A stretch of 64,000 nt of DNA from Nitrospirota bacterium (GCA_963818475.1 CAWFSF010000006.1:224001-288000), one strand, 5' to 3'. Shown: positions 9,874 to 19,784, numbered from the stretch's first letter. Made by a program: numbers and translations. The notes: generated from the letters alone by a model not told the origin.

Positions 9874-11253
9874 ATGAATACTCATATTGAAAAATTAAAA
9901 ATATTTATGGCCTCTCCTGATGATTTGCAGGAAGAGAGAAAAGTCTTTGGTGAGGTTGTTGAGGCAATAAACCGTAGCAGGGGTAGCGCAGAAGGATTTC
10001 ACCTGGATGCAATAATATGGGAGAAATATGCTTATCCCGAAGCAGATACTCCACAAGCTATTGTGAATAGGGTTTTGGAAGATGCATCGTTGGTTATTGT
10101 TGCCTTTTGGAACAAATTTGGAGCACCAACAACCAATTTCCCATCTGGTACGATGGAAGAGTTTTCTTTAGCATACGAGAAACGTAATAAGACAGGAAAG
10201 CCATCAATAAAAATCTATTTTAGATTGCCTGAGTCACCCACGACTTTGGCGCAAAATGAAGAGATTCGAAAAATACTTGAATTTAAAGAGTCAATCAAGG
10301 ACAAAGCTCTTTATAAAGAATACACTTCAGCTCAAGCATTCAAAGACTTATTGCATGAGCACATAAATGCATGGCTTTCAAATGAAAAGCAAATAACAGG
10401 AGCTGTAACGGATCCAACCGCAGTAGGCGTTGCAGATCCGGATCCTGTCTGCGTCAGTAAATTAATTGGAGACTATGTAAGGGATCTAGAAAAAAAATAT
10501 GACAGGGAGAAAACCGAAAGAAGATTTTTTGGCCTAAAAAAGCTCGATTATGTGCTTGGAGAATTTAACGAGCAAAATTTAACAGTAGTAGCGGGCGAAG
10601 CTTCCAGCGGGAAAACGACATTACTTGTAACTGCTGCAAACATAGTTGCTACAGACAAAACGGTTTTATTTATATCACCGAGGTTAAATAAAAAAGAGAT
10701 TGTAGGACGACTTATCTCAAATTCATCAGTGGTGGCGTTAAATCGATTAAAAAGTGGAAATTTACAAGATCAAGATTGGACTTCATTCTCGAATGCAGCC
10801 GGAAGATTACACGAAAAGGAGATTTACATTGATGATCATTATGAACTGTCAATTCCTTATATACGCAAACTTATTTCAAAAATAATGGCAGCTCATGGTG
10901 TGCAGTTGGTAATTATTGATGGTCTTAACTACATTCTAAATGAAGATGGCAGGGTAGGCCAATCATTGAGAGTCCTGTCGCGTGAATTTAATCTTCCGAT
11001 AATCGGTGCACTTGATATTGACCTTATCTCATTGCGTGCTAAAGCGATGTCTCGCGATAAACGGCCTTGCTTACGAGATTTAGATACATTCGGTGATCTA
11101 AGATCCGAATCGGACGTGGTGATTTTTTCATTCAGGGATGTAGACGTTATTGATAATGACGAATTAATTGTGGCTAAGAACAACAATGGACCTATTGGAG
11201 CTATAAAAGTTAAGTTTTTGTCAGAATGCAATAAATTTGAAGAATTAAACTAG
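9874..11253 (+). CDS. DUF4062-like domain fused to a degenerate DnaB-like helicase C-terminal domain
   Basis: N-term KIFMASPDDLQEER...FWNKFGAPT..SGTMEEF; C-term AGEASSGKTT, IYIDD, LSREFNLPII, DKRPCLRDL, IVAKNNNGPIG. Confidence 0.8.
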   Translation: MNTHIEKLKIFMASPDDLQEERKVFGEVVEAINRSRGSAEGFHLDAIIWEKYAYPEADTPQAIVNRVLEDASLVIVAFWNKFGAPTTNFPSGTMEEFSLAYEKRNKTGKPSIKIYFRLPESPTTLAQNEEIRKILEFKESIKDKALYKEYTSAQAFKDLLHEHINAWLSNEKQITGAVTDPTAVGVADPDPVCVSKLIGDYVRDLEKKYDREKTERRFFGLKKLDYVLGEFNEQNLTVVAGEASSGKTTLLVTAANIVATDKTVLFISPRLNKKEIVGRLISNSSVVALNRLKSGNLQDQDWTSFSNAAGRLHEKEIYIDDHYELSIPYIRKLISKIMAAHGVQLVIIDGLNYILNEDGRVGQSLRVLSREFNLPIIGALDIDLISLRAKAMSRDKRPCLRDLDTFGDLRSESDVVIFSFRDVDVIDNDELIVAKNNNGPIGAIKVKFLSECNKFEELN

Positions 11254-11551
11254 ACCTGGAGTTTCTATTACACAATCAGCCTTTGAATGTAATGCGATAC
11301 CATGCTGTGGTGAGAATTAGCGATGCCTACGTAAACTATTTTAGAACTTTCTGGAAAGAAATTTCATCTACGAAATTGCCGGTCCCAGACAAAGCGTAGT
11401 GTATCCTAATGATAATATGGGGAAAAGTGGCTTTAATGCTAGGCTGAAAGGTTCCACTTGACACAATCTTGACGATGGTGTATTAATTAAGTAGAAAACA
11501 CATGGGGAAGCCTGATAAATTCCTGAGTAAATTTAAAGTTTATAAAGGAAT

Positions 11552-13372
11552 TTGGATCGCTTCCCCTTTTTTTCGTCTATGTATCTTATACCTGATAAAA
11601 AATGGAATCTAACCGGTAATGAACCAGAACAATCTAAGCTATTCTTCGAATTGTGGCTGGAAAAAGTTGGTTTTGATTCTCATTTTACCTACGAGTTACC
11701 TCTTCATTCCTGCTATCAGCTGTTGAGAAATTTACAAAATATAATTCCGCTTGTAAAACAAAAGACAATTTCGCCTGAAAACATTACAGACATTATCGAA
11801 GAGATTCTCAATAGACTAGAGGGAAATATATGGCTCAATAAGTTTTACCCTAATGAAATTCAACATATCAAGACGGTACTTACTGAGGCAAAGACATCAT
11901 CCTTATATAAGGATATAACAATACAAAATAAACTTGAATTAATTCTCGAAGCCTTCCTCAATACCCTCCAAAAAGACAACATCCAGCTAAAGCAGTTGAG
12001 AGCAGTTTGTGATTTGGCTCAATCGAAACAAACTTATACAACGATTGAAAAAAATATCGATGAATTTCTGACCGACTTAATCCACGCTGGTCATTCGAAA
12101 TTATATTTGCATAAATGGGTAGTACGTGAAATTATCGAGCATCAAAAAGACCTTCTTGGTCAAAATTCTGTTGAAAAGCTCGCCGGCGCTCGTTTTTTGG
12201 GATCAATATCTACAAAATCATATAGCGTTTTGCTCAAGACCTCTGCAAATGCCAGAATTCAATCTACAGGTAATATTAAATTTGTTGAAAATAAAGAAGA
12301 CATCCCAGAAAAATTCCTTACTTTAAATTTGCCAAGTGTTAATAGTTCAACATCTAGATATGTTATTGTTGAGGTGGGAAACTCTTTAGATGTTTATGCG
12401 GCTTTTGAAGAGGCTGTAAATATTCTTACTCGGTATCTTTCTTCTGTCAGATTTCAGAAATTATCTTTTACTTCACCGGAGATATCCAGTAGCGGGATTG
12501 TGTTAGATTTATCTTCAGATACGGCGATTCAAATCGAGAATGTACCAAAATTAATTTCCCGATCAATTTTTAGCGCAGATAAATTTTACTCTATTGAAGC
12601 TAAGTCTGGGAAAAATCAAAAAACTTTTGACGCAATAGACAAGGTGCTTTACTGGTTTGAAATAGCACAAAAATCACCGGCGGAGTTAAAATTTATTAGT
12701 TTATGGACAGCACTAGAGTTTTTGTTTTCGGTCCCAGGATATAAAACTATTGACGGAATAGTTTCTTATTTACCCCCTTATTTTGGACTTGCCTATGCAA
12801 GGTCAGTTTTGAAAGATTTTGATAGGCATGTAGAGTTTGCTAATATTATATCGCCAGGAAAAATCTCAAGTGACTTAATGAAATATTGCAGCAATAAAGA
12901 CAAGAGAATGCATCCGGACTACACTAAAATGCTGTCTACATGTTGTGACGATGAAACGATAGCAGATTCTTTAAGTATACATCCAATTTTAAAAAGAAAA
13001 TTTTATAAGGTAAGGCGCCTCAATCCATCTTTCAAAACGGGCAACAGATTTACTTTGCTGAGCGATCTTGATTCTATTGAGTGCGACCTGATATTAGATG
13101 TTAAGAGATTCTATAGAACCAGAAATATGCTCGTTCATGGAGCCGAAATACAGGATCGTAATTTAGACAGAATTCTTAAAAGGATGGAGTATATGATGTC
13201 ATTTATCATAGATAAGCTTGCTGATGCTTATTATTACAACCCTAACCATTCACTTACGGCCCTACATGAAGTGTTTTATTCTAGCTATCAGTTCTATAAG
13301 AAGCGAATTGATGAAGGTAAGACTGATTTTGGAGGTACCGTTTTTCCGCGCTTATTATATAGTAAACACTAG
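11552..13372 (+). CDS. Large protein with C-terminal HEPN (ApeA-like) RNase domain
   Basis: FISLWTALEFL helix and RNMLVH (Rx4H) motif at 13121-13138; alternative ATG start at 11579. Confidence 0.7.
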   Translation: MDRFPFFSSMYLIPDKKWNLTGNEPEQSKLFFELWLEKVGFDSHFTYELPLHSCYQLLRNLQNIIPLVKQKTISPENITDIIEEILNRLEGNIWLNKFYPNEIQHIKTVLTEAKTSSLYKDITIQNKLELILEAFLNTLQKDNIQLKQLRAVCDLAQSKQTYTTIEKNIDEFLTDLIHAGHSKLYLHKWVVREIIEHQKDLLGQNSVEKLAGARFLGSISTKSYSVLLKTSANARIQSTGNIKFVENKEDIPEKFLTLNLPSVNSSTSRYVIVEVGNSLDVYAAFEEAVNILTRYLSSVRFQKLSFTSPEISSSGIVLDLSSDTAIQIENVPKLISRSIFSADKFYSIEAKSGKNQKTFDAIDKVLYWFEIAQKSPAELKFISLWTALEFLFSVPGYKTIDGIVSYLPPYFGLAYARSVLKDFDRHVEFANIISPGKISSDLMKYCSNKDKRMHPDYTKMLSTCCDDETIADSLSIHPILKRKFYKVRRLNPSFKTGNRFTLLSDLDSIECDLILDVKRFYRTRNMLVHGAEIQDRNLDRILKRMEYMMSFIIDKLADAYYYNPNHSLTALHEVFYSSYQFYKKRIDEGKTDFGGTVFPRLLYSKH

Positions 13373-13436
13373 AATTGTAGCCACAACCTCTGATAATGAA
13401 TAGGCATAAGTCACACGCTTCAGCTTTAGCTGAGAG

Positions 13437-13454
13437 CGTAGCCAAAACGTAGCC
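13437..13454 (+). repeat. Putative integrase arm-type site, copy 2
   Basis: Same 18-mer as 9547-9564. Confidence 0.7.
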
Positions 13455-13582
13455 GAAATTGACTTATAGGGCATAAGAGGGTAGAAAATAATGAAAGACC
13501 TGAAGGGGATATCCGTTTGAAAGTAGATAAATTCGATAAAACACAGGTAAGAGGCCCACTTACGAAAATTGATCGTTTGTGA

Positions 13583-13625
13583 CTTTCACGCGATAACGCG
13601 GGTTCGAATCCCGCTGGGGACGCCA
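13583..13625 (+). repeat. attR1: duplicated 3' half of tRNA-Glu (1-nt deletion)
   Basis: ctttcacgcgataacgcgggttcgaatcccgctggggacgcca. Confidence 0.95.
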
Positions 13626-13761
13626 TTAAAAAGTAAAAGAATCAGAACCTTTACGGGCCTGGTTCTTTTTATTTTTGGTACACAAGGTGGGCTCCGGGTG
13701 AAACCTGGGGCTTTTTCTTTTGGCTTGCAATATATCGGTATATGATATATATTGATATCCG

Positions 13762-14052
13762 ATGATACGGAACATAACGAGCAAGACGGCGCAGGATATC
13801 TATGACGGGGTAAACAGTCGTCATGCACGGAAGATCCCCACGGAGTTACACCGGAAAGCGCAGCGGCTCTTTGATCAGATCAACGCTGCCGTGGTGGTGG
13901 AAACCTTGAAAGCACCGCCCGGAAACAGGCTGGAGAGGTTGAAAGGCAATTGGGAAGGGTTCTGGAGTGTTCGGATAAATGACCAGTGGCGGATCATTTT
14001 CCGATGGGAAGATGCCGACGCCCTGGACGTGGATATTGTGGATTACCATTAA
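13762..14052 (+). CDS. higB: HigB/RelE-family toxin (plasmid maintenance killer type)
   Basis: PPGNRLERLKG..GFWSVRINDQWRIIFRW..VDIVDYH. Confidence 0.92.
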   Translation: MIRNITSKTAQDIYDGVNSRHARKIPTELHRKAQRLFDQINAAVVVETLKAPPGNRLERLKGNWEGFWSVRINDQWRIIFRWEDADALDVDIVDYH

Positions 14053-14065
14053 GGAGGTAGAGTAT

Positions 14066-14356
14066 ATGTTACCGAAAAAGAGACCGCCGACGCATCCGGG
14101 CGAGATGCTGCTGAAAGAGTTTCTGGAGCCGATGGGCATGACTCAGGTTGAGCTTGCAAAGCATATAGGCTGGACGTGGGCCAGGCTGAACGAGATCGTC
14201 AACGGCAGGCGCGGAGTAAGTGCGTCGTCAGCCCTTGCGCTCGGTGAGGCGTTTGGGACCGGGCCGGAATTCTGGCTGAACCTGCAGAGGGATTGGGACC
14301 TGTGGCACGCCTTGCGCAAGCATGAGCCTGTGCGGGCGCTCAAGAAGGCGAGTTGA
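14066..14356 (+). CDS. higA: HigA-family antitoxin
   Basis: PTHPGEMLLKEFLEP, NEIVNGRRGVS, PEFWLNLQ; RBS AAGGAGG. Confidence 0.92.
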   Translation: MLPKKRPPTHPGEMLLKEFLEPMGMTQVELAKHIGWTWARLNEIVNGRRGVSASSALALGEAFGTGPEFWLNLQRDWDLWHALRKHEPVRALKKAS

Positions 14357-14373
14357 GTCAAAGGAAAGTTTCG

Positions 14374-14532
14374 ATGAAAAAAGAACTTTTTGATGAACTT
14401 TTAAAAAGCGTGAAGCAGGGCGGGGCGATAATGAAGCGCACCATGAAACCGGCGCGCGTATTGCTTCAAGTTGCGGCAAAACATCCGGATGCACTGCTTG
14501 ATCTTGCCGGTAACAGGAAAAAAAGGAAATAA
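14374..14532 (+). pseudogene. NadS/HigA2-like antitoxin with the HTH deleted in frame (52 aa)
   Basis: Manual translation MKKELFDELLKSVKQGGAIMKRTMKPARVLLQVAAKHPDALL: family-like N- and C-termini joined directly. Confidence 0.6.
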
Positions 14533-14641
14533 ATATAAACGGCAAGTTGAAAAAAGCTCGTGTGTAGATCTGAGTATCATGCATTACAAGGGAAGCAGAA
14601 TCAAGCTCTACTCGTAGTATTCACGCTGAGTCGGAGAGTTT

Positions 14642-17042
14642 ATGTCCGATAAGAAATCACTTCAGCAAGCTATTGCAAAAGAAGAAGAGCGTCTTTCCAA
14701 ATTGGACAGAGAAAGGGAGCAGACGCTATTAAGAATCACTGATTTCAGACAAAAGCTTGCGTCGCTGGAAGCAGTATGCGCCGGGTCGAAAAAATTTTCC
14801 TCTACGAGAACACCTCTTGAAAAAGTGACGCTGTTTCGCTCGCTGTTTCGCGGTAGGGAGGATGTTTTTCCGAAGCTCTGGGCAAGCCGTGCCGGCAAAA
14901 AAGGCTACTCTCCTGCCTGCACGAACGACTGGATGACCGGAATCTGCGGAAAGACGCGCAAACCGCCGCTCAAATGTAGTGATTGCTCCAATCGCAAGTT
15001 CCTTCCGGTGACTGATCAGGTCATCACTGACCATCTTCAAGGGCGTCATGTCATCGGCGTCTACCCCATGCTCCCGGACGACACCTGCTGGTTTCTCGCC
15101 GCCGACTTCGATAAGGAATCATGGATTGACGATATCAGCGCATTACGTGAAACCTGTTCTAATTTAAAAATACCCGTGGCTGTCGAACGATCGCGGTCAG
15201 GAAATGGAGCTCATGCCTGGCTCTTCTTTACCGAACCTGTTCCGGCCACGACTGCACGGACTTTGGGATGTTTTTTGATCACGGAAACGATGAGCCGGAG
15301 ACATCAACTCAGCATGGAGTCCTATGACCGTTTGTTCCCCAGTCAGGATACTCTGGTCCAAGGCCGGTTTCGGGAATCTGATCGCTGCCGCTTCAGCAGG
15401 AGCCACGTCAAAAAGGCAATTCGGTTTTTCTCGATGAACACTTGACTCCTTACGAAGATCAATGGACATATCTTGCAGCGATCGGGCGGATGATCGCCGG
15501 AGGTGGTTCAACGTATTGCATCTGAGGCTATACGTCTTGATACCGTGATAGGGGTGCAACGAGATATCAGCCAGGATGGAGACGACCTTACTCCCTGGAG
15601 CCGGTTGCCGTCGCGAAAAACACCGAAAGGGAAGATCACCGGAAAGTTTCCTTCAGAAACATATTGTGTCTTCGCACAACGTCTTTTCATCGAAAAAAAG
15701 GATTTACCTTCGCCTTTTCTGACGCGCATCAAACAATTGGCTGCATTTCAGAATCCAATGTTCTACGAAAAGCAGAACTTGCGCCTTTCAACTGCCCGAA
15801 TCCCGCGAGTGATCTCCTGCTATGAAGAACATCCTGAGCATATCGCCGTCCCGAGAGGCTGTCTTGAAGGTCTTCGGCAACTCTTTGCAGAACATGACGT
15901 CAAGCTTCTGCTCGATGACAAGCGCATTTCCCCCGCTGGACCATCGTATACGTTCCATGGAACATTGAGAGAAAAGCAGCATGAGGCCATCGACCGGATT
16001 CTCGAACACGACCTCGGGGTCCTCTCGGCGCCGCCGGGATTTGGCAAGACCGTTATCGGCGCGTATCTTATTGCAAAACGAGGCACCAGCACGCTTGTGC
16101 TCGTTCATCGGAAGGAGCTTCTGGATCAATGGGTCGCGCGACTTTCCTTGTTTCTTGGGATTGATCCGAAAGAAATCGGCAGGATCGGGGCAGGCAAAGA
16201 ACAAACCGAACGGGATATTGGATGTCGCCATGATCCAGAGTCTGGTCCGGAAGGATGAAGTCAACGATATCGTTGACGGCTATGGTCAGGTTATTGTTGA
16301 TGAGTGCCATCATCTGCCGGCTGTTTCTTTTGAGCGAGTTCTGAACGAGATCAAAGCACGATATGTTGTCGGCTTGACCGCAACACCCTATCGGCGAGAC
16401 GGGCACCAGCCGATCATTCACATGCAGTGCGGACCTGTCCGTTTTTCCGTGCATCCGAGAAGCCAGGAGGCAAGAACTCAGTTCAAACACAAATTAATCT
16501 GTAAAACTACGAATTTCAGTGTGCACGATCCCGATGCATCGATTCAGGAAATATTTGCCGCCCTTGTTGCAAATAAGAAGCGGAATGCTCTTATTCTTGC
16601 TGATGTCCGGCAGGCCATCCAGGAGGGACGGTCGCCGGTGCTTCTGACCGATCGGAAAGAACATCTGGATATACTTGCGGATGAGTTGCGAAGCGATGTA
16701 CAGCATCTCATCGTACTCAGCGGCAGGCTGTCTGCCAAAGAACGGCGTGAAACAATGAAGAGGCTTGCAGCAATACCCGATAATGAAGTACGCCTTATCG
16801 CGGCAACGGGCCGTTACCTTGGTGAAGGTTTCGACGATCCGCGACTCGATACGCTCTTCCTTGCCATGCCTTTTTCCTGGAAGGGAACGATTGTACAGTA
16901 TGCGGGACGGATTCACCGGGAACATCCGGGAAAGCTGGAAGTCCGGGTGCACGACTATGTCGACGCCAATGTACCCAAGCTTCTGCGAATGCAAAAAAAA
17001 AGATTGCGAGGTTTTCGGGATATCGGATATATGGCAGATTGA
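14642..17042 (+). CDS. Archaeo-eukaryotic primase-like (TOTE-type) domain fused to a DEAD/DEAH SF2 helicase; frameshifted
   Basis: CWFLAADFD, ERSRSGNGAHAW, SYDRLFP; APPGFGKT, DECHH, GLTATP, GEGFDDPRLD, QYAGRIHR across three ORFs. Confidence 0.8.
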
Positions 17043-17235
17043 ACAATCAAGGTCAACTGCGCGAATTGGACGAAATATAACAGCGGATCACTGTAGTAGA
17101 ACTGTAGTAGAATTTTGCACAATGACCGGAAACCGCAGAATCTACGGAATGTACAGAATCAGTATTTCCTATGTTTTTAAAAACTTAGCTCAAAACCGTT
17201 GTTTGTCGCCCACTTACAAAATGTGTTCCAATAGT

Positions 17236-17279
17236 CTTTCACGGCGATAACGCGGGTTCGAATCCCGCTGGGGACGCCA
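17236..17279 (+). repeat. attR2: duplicated 3' half of tRNA-Glu
   Basis: ctttcacggcgataacgcgggttcgaatcccgctggggacgcca, identical to 9453-9496. Confidence 0.95.
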
Positions 17280-17300
17280 TTAAAAAAAAAGAATCAGACC

Positions 17301-19213
17301 GTTCGCAGTAACAACTGATTATCTCGCGGGTTCAAGTCCCGCCCAAGGAGTTGTCCGTACACCTTGGTAGCACGAGGGAGCGGCGTCTGAGCAATCAGAG
17401 GTCGTGAGTTCCCAAACGGCAAAGCTACAGGCCGCAGCGAAAGCGAACCTACACGTAGCCTCGTAACTTATTCGGAGATGCCGACCTTGTGGTCAAATGG
17501 GGAAGGCCGATGCGCGCTGATTCAGACAACGGAATCGATCTGTGCGATCTCCCGGGGTAGCAGGGGCGGCATGCAGCGGAAGATAAGCAGTCCAGTGCTG
17601 GAGACCCCATACAGTGATGTTAGAGGAACATCAACCGGTGCGTATAAGGAAACGAAAACGCACTGGGCTGTATCGGGAGTCGGAGGGGTCCATAGTATCG
17701 TTTGAAGGTATGGGACAACATAACCCTGCCCAAGAAAAGGGACCCTGCTTTGTTCACGCAACCGAAGGAGAGAGGATGAGGGGATTGCAGAGATGCTAAC
17801 AACCCCAGATACAATCAGGACACTCCAGAGGAAGCTCTACCGTAAGGCCAAGCAAGAACCGGCCTACCGCTTTTACGCGCTCTACGACAAGATACACCGG
17901 GCCGACATCCTCAGTCACGCCTACCATCTTGTCAGGGCCAACAAAGGAAGCGCCGGCATCGACGGCGTCACCTTCGAGGCCATAGAGACCGGAGAAGGGG
18001 TAATCGCCTTTTTGGCGGAGCTGCAAGAAGCACTGAAGAGCAAGACCTATGCACCAAACCCTGTAAAGCGCGTCATGATCCCCAAAGGAGACGGCACAGA
18101 GCGTCCCTTGGGAATCCCGACCATTAGGGACAGGGTGGCCCAGATGGCCGTAAAACTGGTCATCGAACCGATATTTGAAGCGGATTTTATAGACACCTCA
18201 TACGGATTCAGACCCAAGAAGTCGGCCCATGATGCAATCGAAGACATATCGTATGCCCTTAACTGCGGTTATACGGAAGTCATCGACGCCGATGTGTCCA
18301 GGTACTTCGACACCATTCCCCATGCCAAACTCATGGCCGTGGTCGCCGAGCGCATCGTTGACAGTGCGATTCTGCACATTATCCAGATGTGGCTCAAGGC
18401 CCCGGTTATGGAAGTGGACAAGGACGGAACGAAGCGCAACATCGGCGGCGGCAAGGCAAACACCAAAGGAACACCGCAGGGCGGTGTCATCTCGCCGCTC
18501 CTGGCCAATCTCTATCTGCACCTGTTAGATAGGATATGGCATAAGAAGAAGCTTCAGTATAGGCTCGAAGCGCGTCTTGTCCGGTATGCCGACGATTTTG
18601 TCGTGCTGTGCAGAAAGGGAACTGAGCAGCCGATGGCGGTTGTGCGCCGGGTGCTCGAACGACTGGGACTTGTACTCAATGAGAACAAGACCCGCATGGT
18701 GAACGCCAAGCAAGAAGGCTTCAACTTCCTTGGATTTGAACTTCGTATGGGGAAAAGTCGGAGAACGGGCAACCTTTACCCCCTTATACAACCGTCACGA
18801 AAAGCCCTGAAGAAGATCAAAGACAGCGTTACCGCTCTTACACACAGGCGGATGACGCCGAAGCCGCTTACTATGATAATCGAAGATATCAATACCGCCC
18901 TCCGGGGCTGGGTCGGGTACTTTCATTACCGCAATAGCAGCAAGGCGTTCAATCGTCTCAAGTTTCATGTGGAAGCGCGAGTGCGCACGCATCTGCGAAA
19001 GCGGCATAAGATCAAAAGCAGGGCAGCGGGGTTTACCAGGTTCACCAACAGGTCTTTGTACGAGAAGTATGGGCTCTATAAAGTGCCGACGACAGCGGGC
19101 TGGCTGAAGGCGCATGCCTTGCGGTGAAGAACATCGGAAAGCCGTGTGCGGGAAAACTGCATGCACGGTTTGATGAGGGAGGGCTGGTCAATACGACCAG
19201 CTCTCTACTCTAC
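17301..19213 (+). mobile_element. Group II intron, copy 1 (1913 nt)
   Basis: 5' GTTCG, EBS1 loop GGTCAA (17491-17496), RT ORF, D5 AAGCCGTGTGCGGGAAAACTGCATGCACGGTTTG, D6 ending CTACTCTAC. Boundaries fixed by four copies and an empty allele near 13640. Confidence 0.95.
17793..19127 (+). CDS. ltrA: Group II intron reverse transcriptase/maturase (no endonuclease domain)
   Basis: RPLGIPTIRDR, SYGFRP, GTPQGGVISPLLAN, RYADD, FLGF, X domain RGWVGYF. Confidence 0.97.
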   Translation: MLTTPDTIRTLQRKLYRKAKQEPAYRFYALYDKIHRADILSHAYHLVRANKGSAGIDGVTFEAIETGEGVIAFLAELQEALKSKTYAPNPVKRVMIPKGDGTERPLGIPTIRDRVAQMAVKLVIEPIFEADFIDTSYGFRPKKSAHDAIEDISYALNCGYTEVIDADVSRYFDTIPHAKLMAVVAERIVDSAILHIIQMWLKAPVMEVDKDGTKRNIGGGKANTKGTPQGGVISPLLANLYLHLLDRIWHKKKLQYRLEARLVRYADDFVVLCRKGTEQPMAVVRRVLERLGLVLNENKTRMVNAKQEGFNFLGFELRMGKSRRTGNLYPLIQPSRKALKKIKDSVTALTHRRMTPKPLTMIIEDINTALRGWVGYFHYRNSSKAFNRLKFHVEARVRTHLRKRHKIKSRAAGFTRFTNRSLYEKYGLYKVPTTAGWLKAHALR

Positions 19214-19334
19214 CTTTACGGGACTGGTTCTTTTTATTTTTGGTACACAAATGGTACACAGAATCAGGATGCAACGCATGTTCGATTTTAATCGTCACTC
19301 CGGGTCAAATTCCCCGCCGCTTGCGGTAGAGTTA

Positions 19335-19784
19335 TCAGGGACTCTCCGACTGTGGCTTGCTGCGGTGCGACATGAACATAAAATCGACATAGCCTTTTAT
19401 TTGAACCTGGCCTTCCGTTGAGACCTGACGGTATTTTCTGATCAACTGAATTTCTGGCTGGTGCAGGATTTTTTCGAGATACTGGCACTGTTCCTGGGAA
19501 AGCGGCCACTTCCGCTTTTTTTCGTAGCCGTTGACCATGGGAATAAGAAAATTATCACTACTGACCCCCGAGAGTTTTTCTCTGTGGGCAGCGAGTATGA
19601 CTAAATTCTGGTCCAGCCCCAGACCCTTCGCAATTTTGATGAGCGTGTTATCCTTCGGCATTCGACCGGCGTTTAAAAAAGTCCTCAGGCTTTCTGTTGA
19701 CACTCCTGCCTTTTTTGCCGCCGCCTTAAACGTTGTAATCCCCTGCGCTTCGATCGTTTGCTGAACCAGCTCTCTTAACTTCAT
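19335..19784 (-). CDS. XRE-family HTH transcriptional regulator
   Basis: N-terminal TFKAAAKKAGVSTESL..GRMPKDNTLIKIAKGL. Confidence 0.7.
   Translation of the reverse strand: MKLRELVQQTIEAQGITTFKAAAKKAGVSTESLRTFLNAGRMPKDNTLIKIAKGLGLDQNLVILAAHREKLSGVSSDNFLIPMVNGYEKKRKWPLSQEQCQYLEKILHQPEIQLIRKYRQVSTEGQVQIKGYVDFMFMSHRSKPQSESP

Larger units (their letters stand above)
9497..13625. mobile_element. Genomic island 1 (AT-rich) between tRNA-Glu and the first attR
   Basis: Bounded by tRNA 3' repeats; integrase remnant; identical 18-mer CGTAGCCAAAACGTAGCC near both ends; sharp GC drop. Confidence 0.85.
13626..17279. mobile_element. Genomic island 2 (no integrase)
   Basis: Between two tRNA-Glu 3' repeats; tandem ACTGTAGTAGA x2 at 17090-17111. 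Confidence 0.8.

Noticed and set aside
13583-13625. Extra tRNA genes at 13.6 and 17.2 kb
   Set aside because: Only the anticodon loop to CCA is present, with no D-arm or 5' acceptor strand; these are att repeats.
17326-17342. tRNA inside the intron 5' end
   Set aside because: Isolated T-arm-like hairpin with no cloverleaf.
17793-19127. Retron, DGR or CRISPR-associated RT
   Set aside because: Maturase X domain, D5/D6 and precise repeated intron boundaries; no TR/VR pair, msr-msd or cas genes seen.
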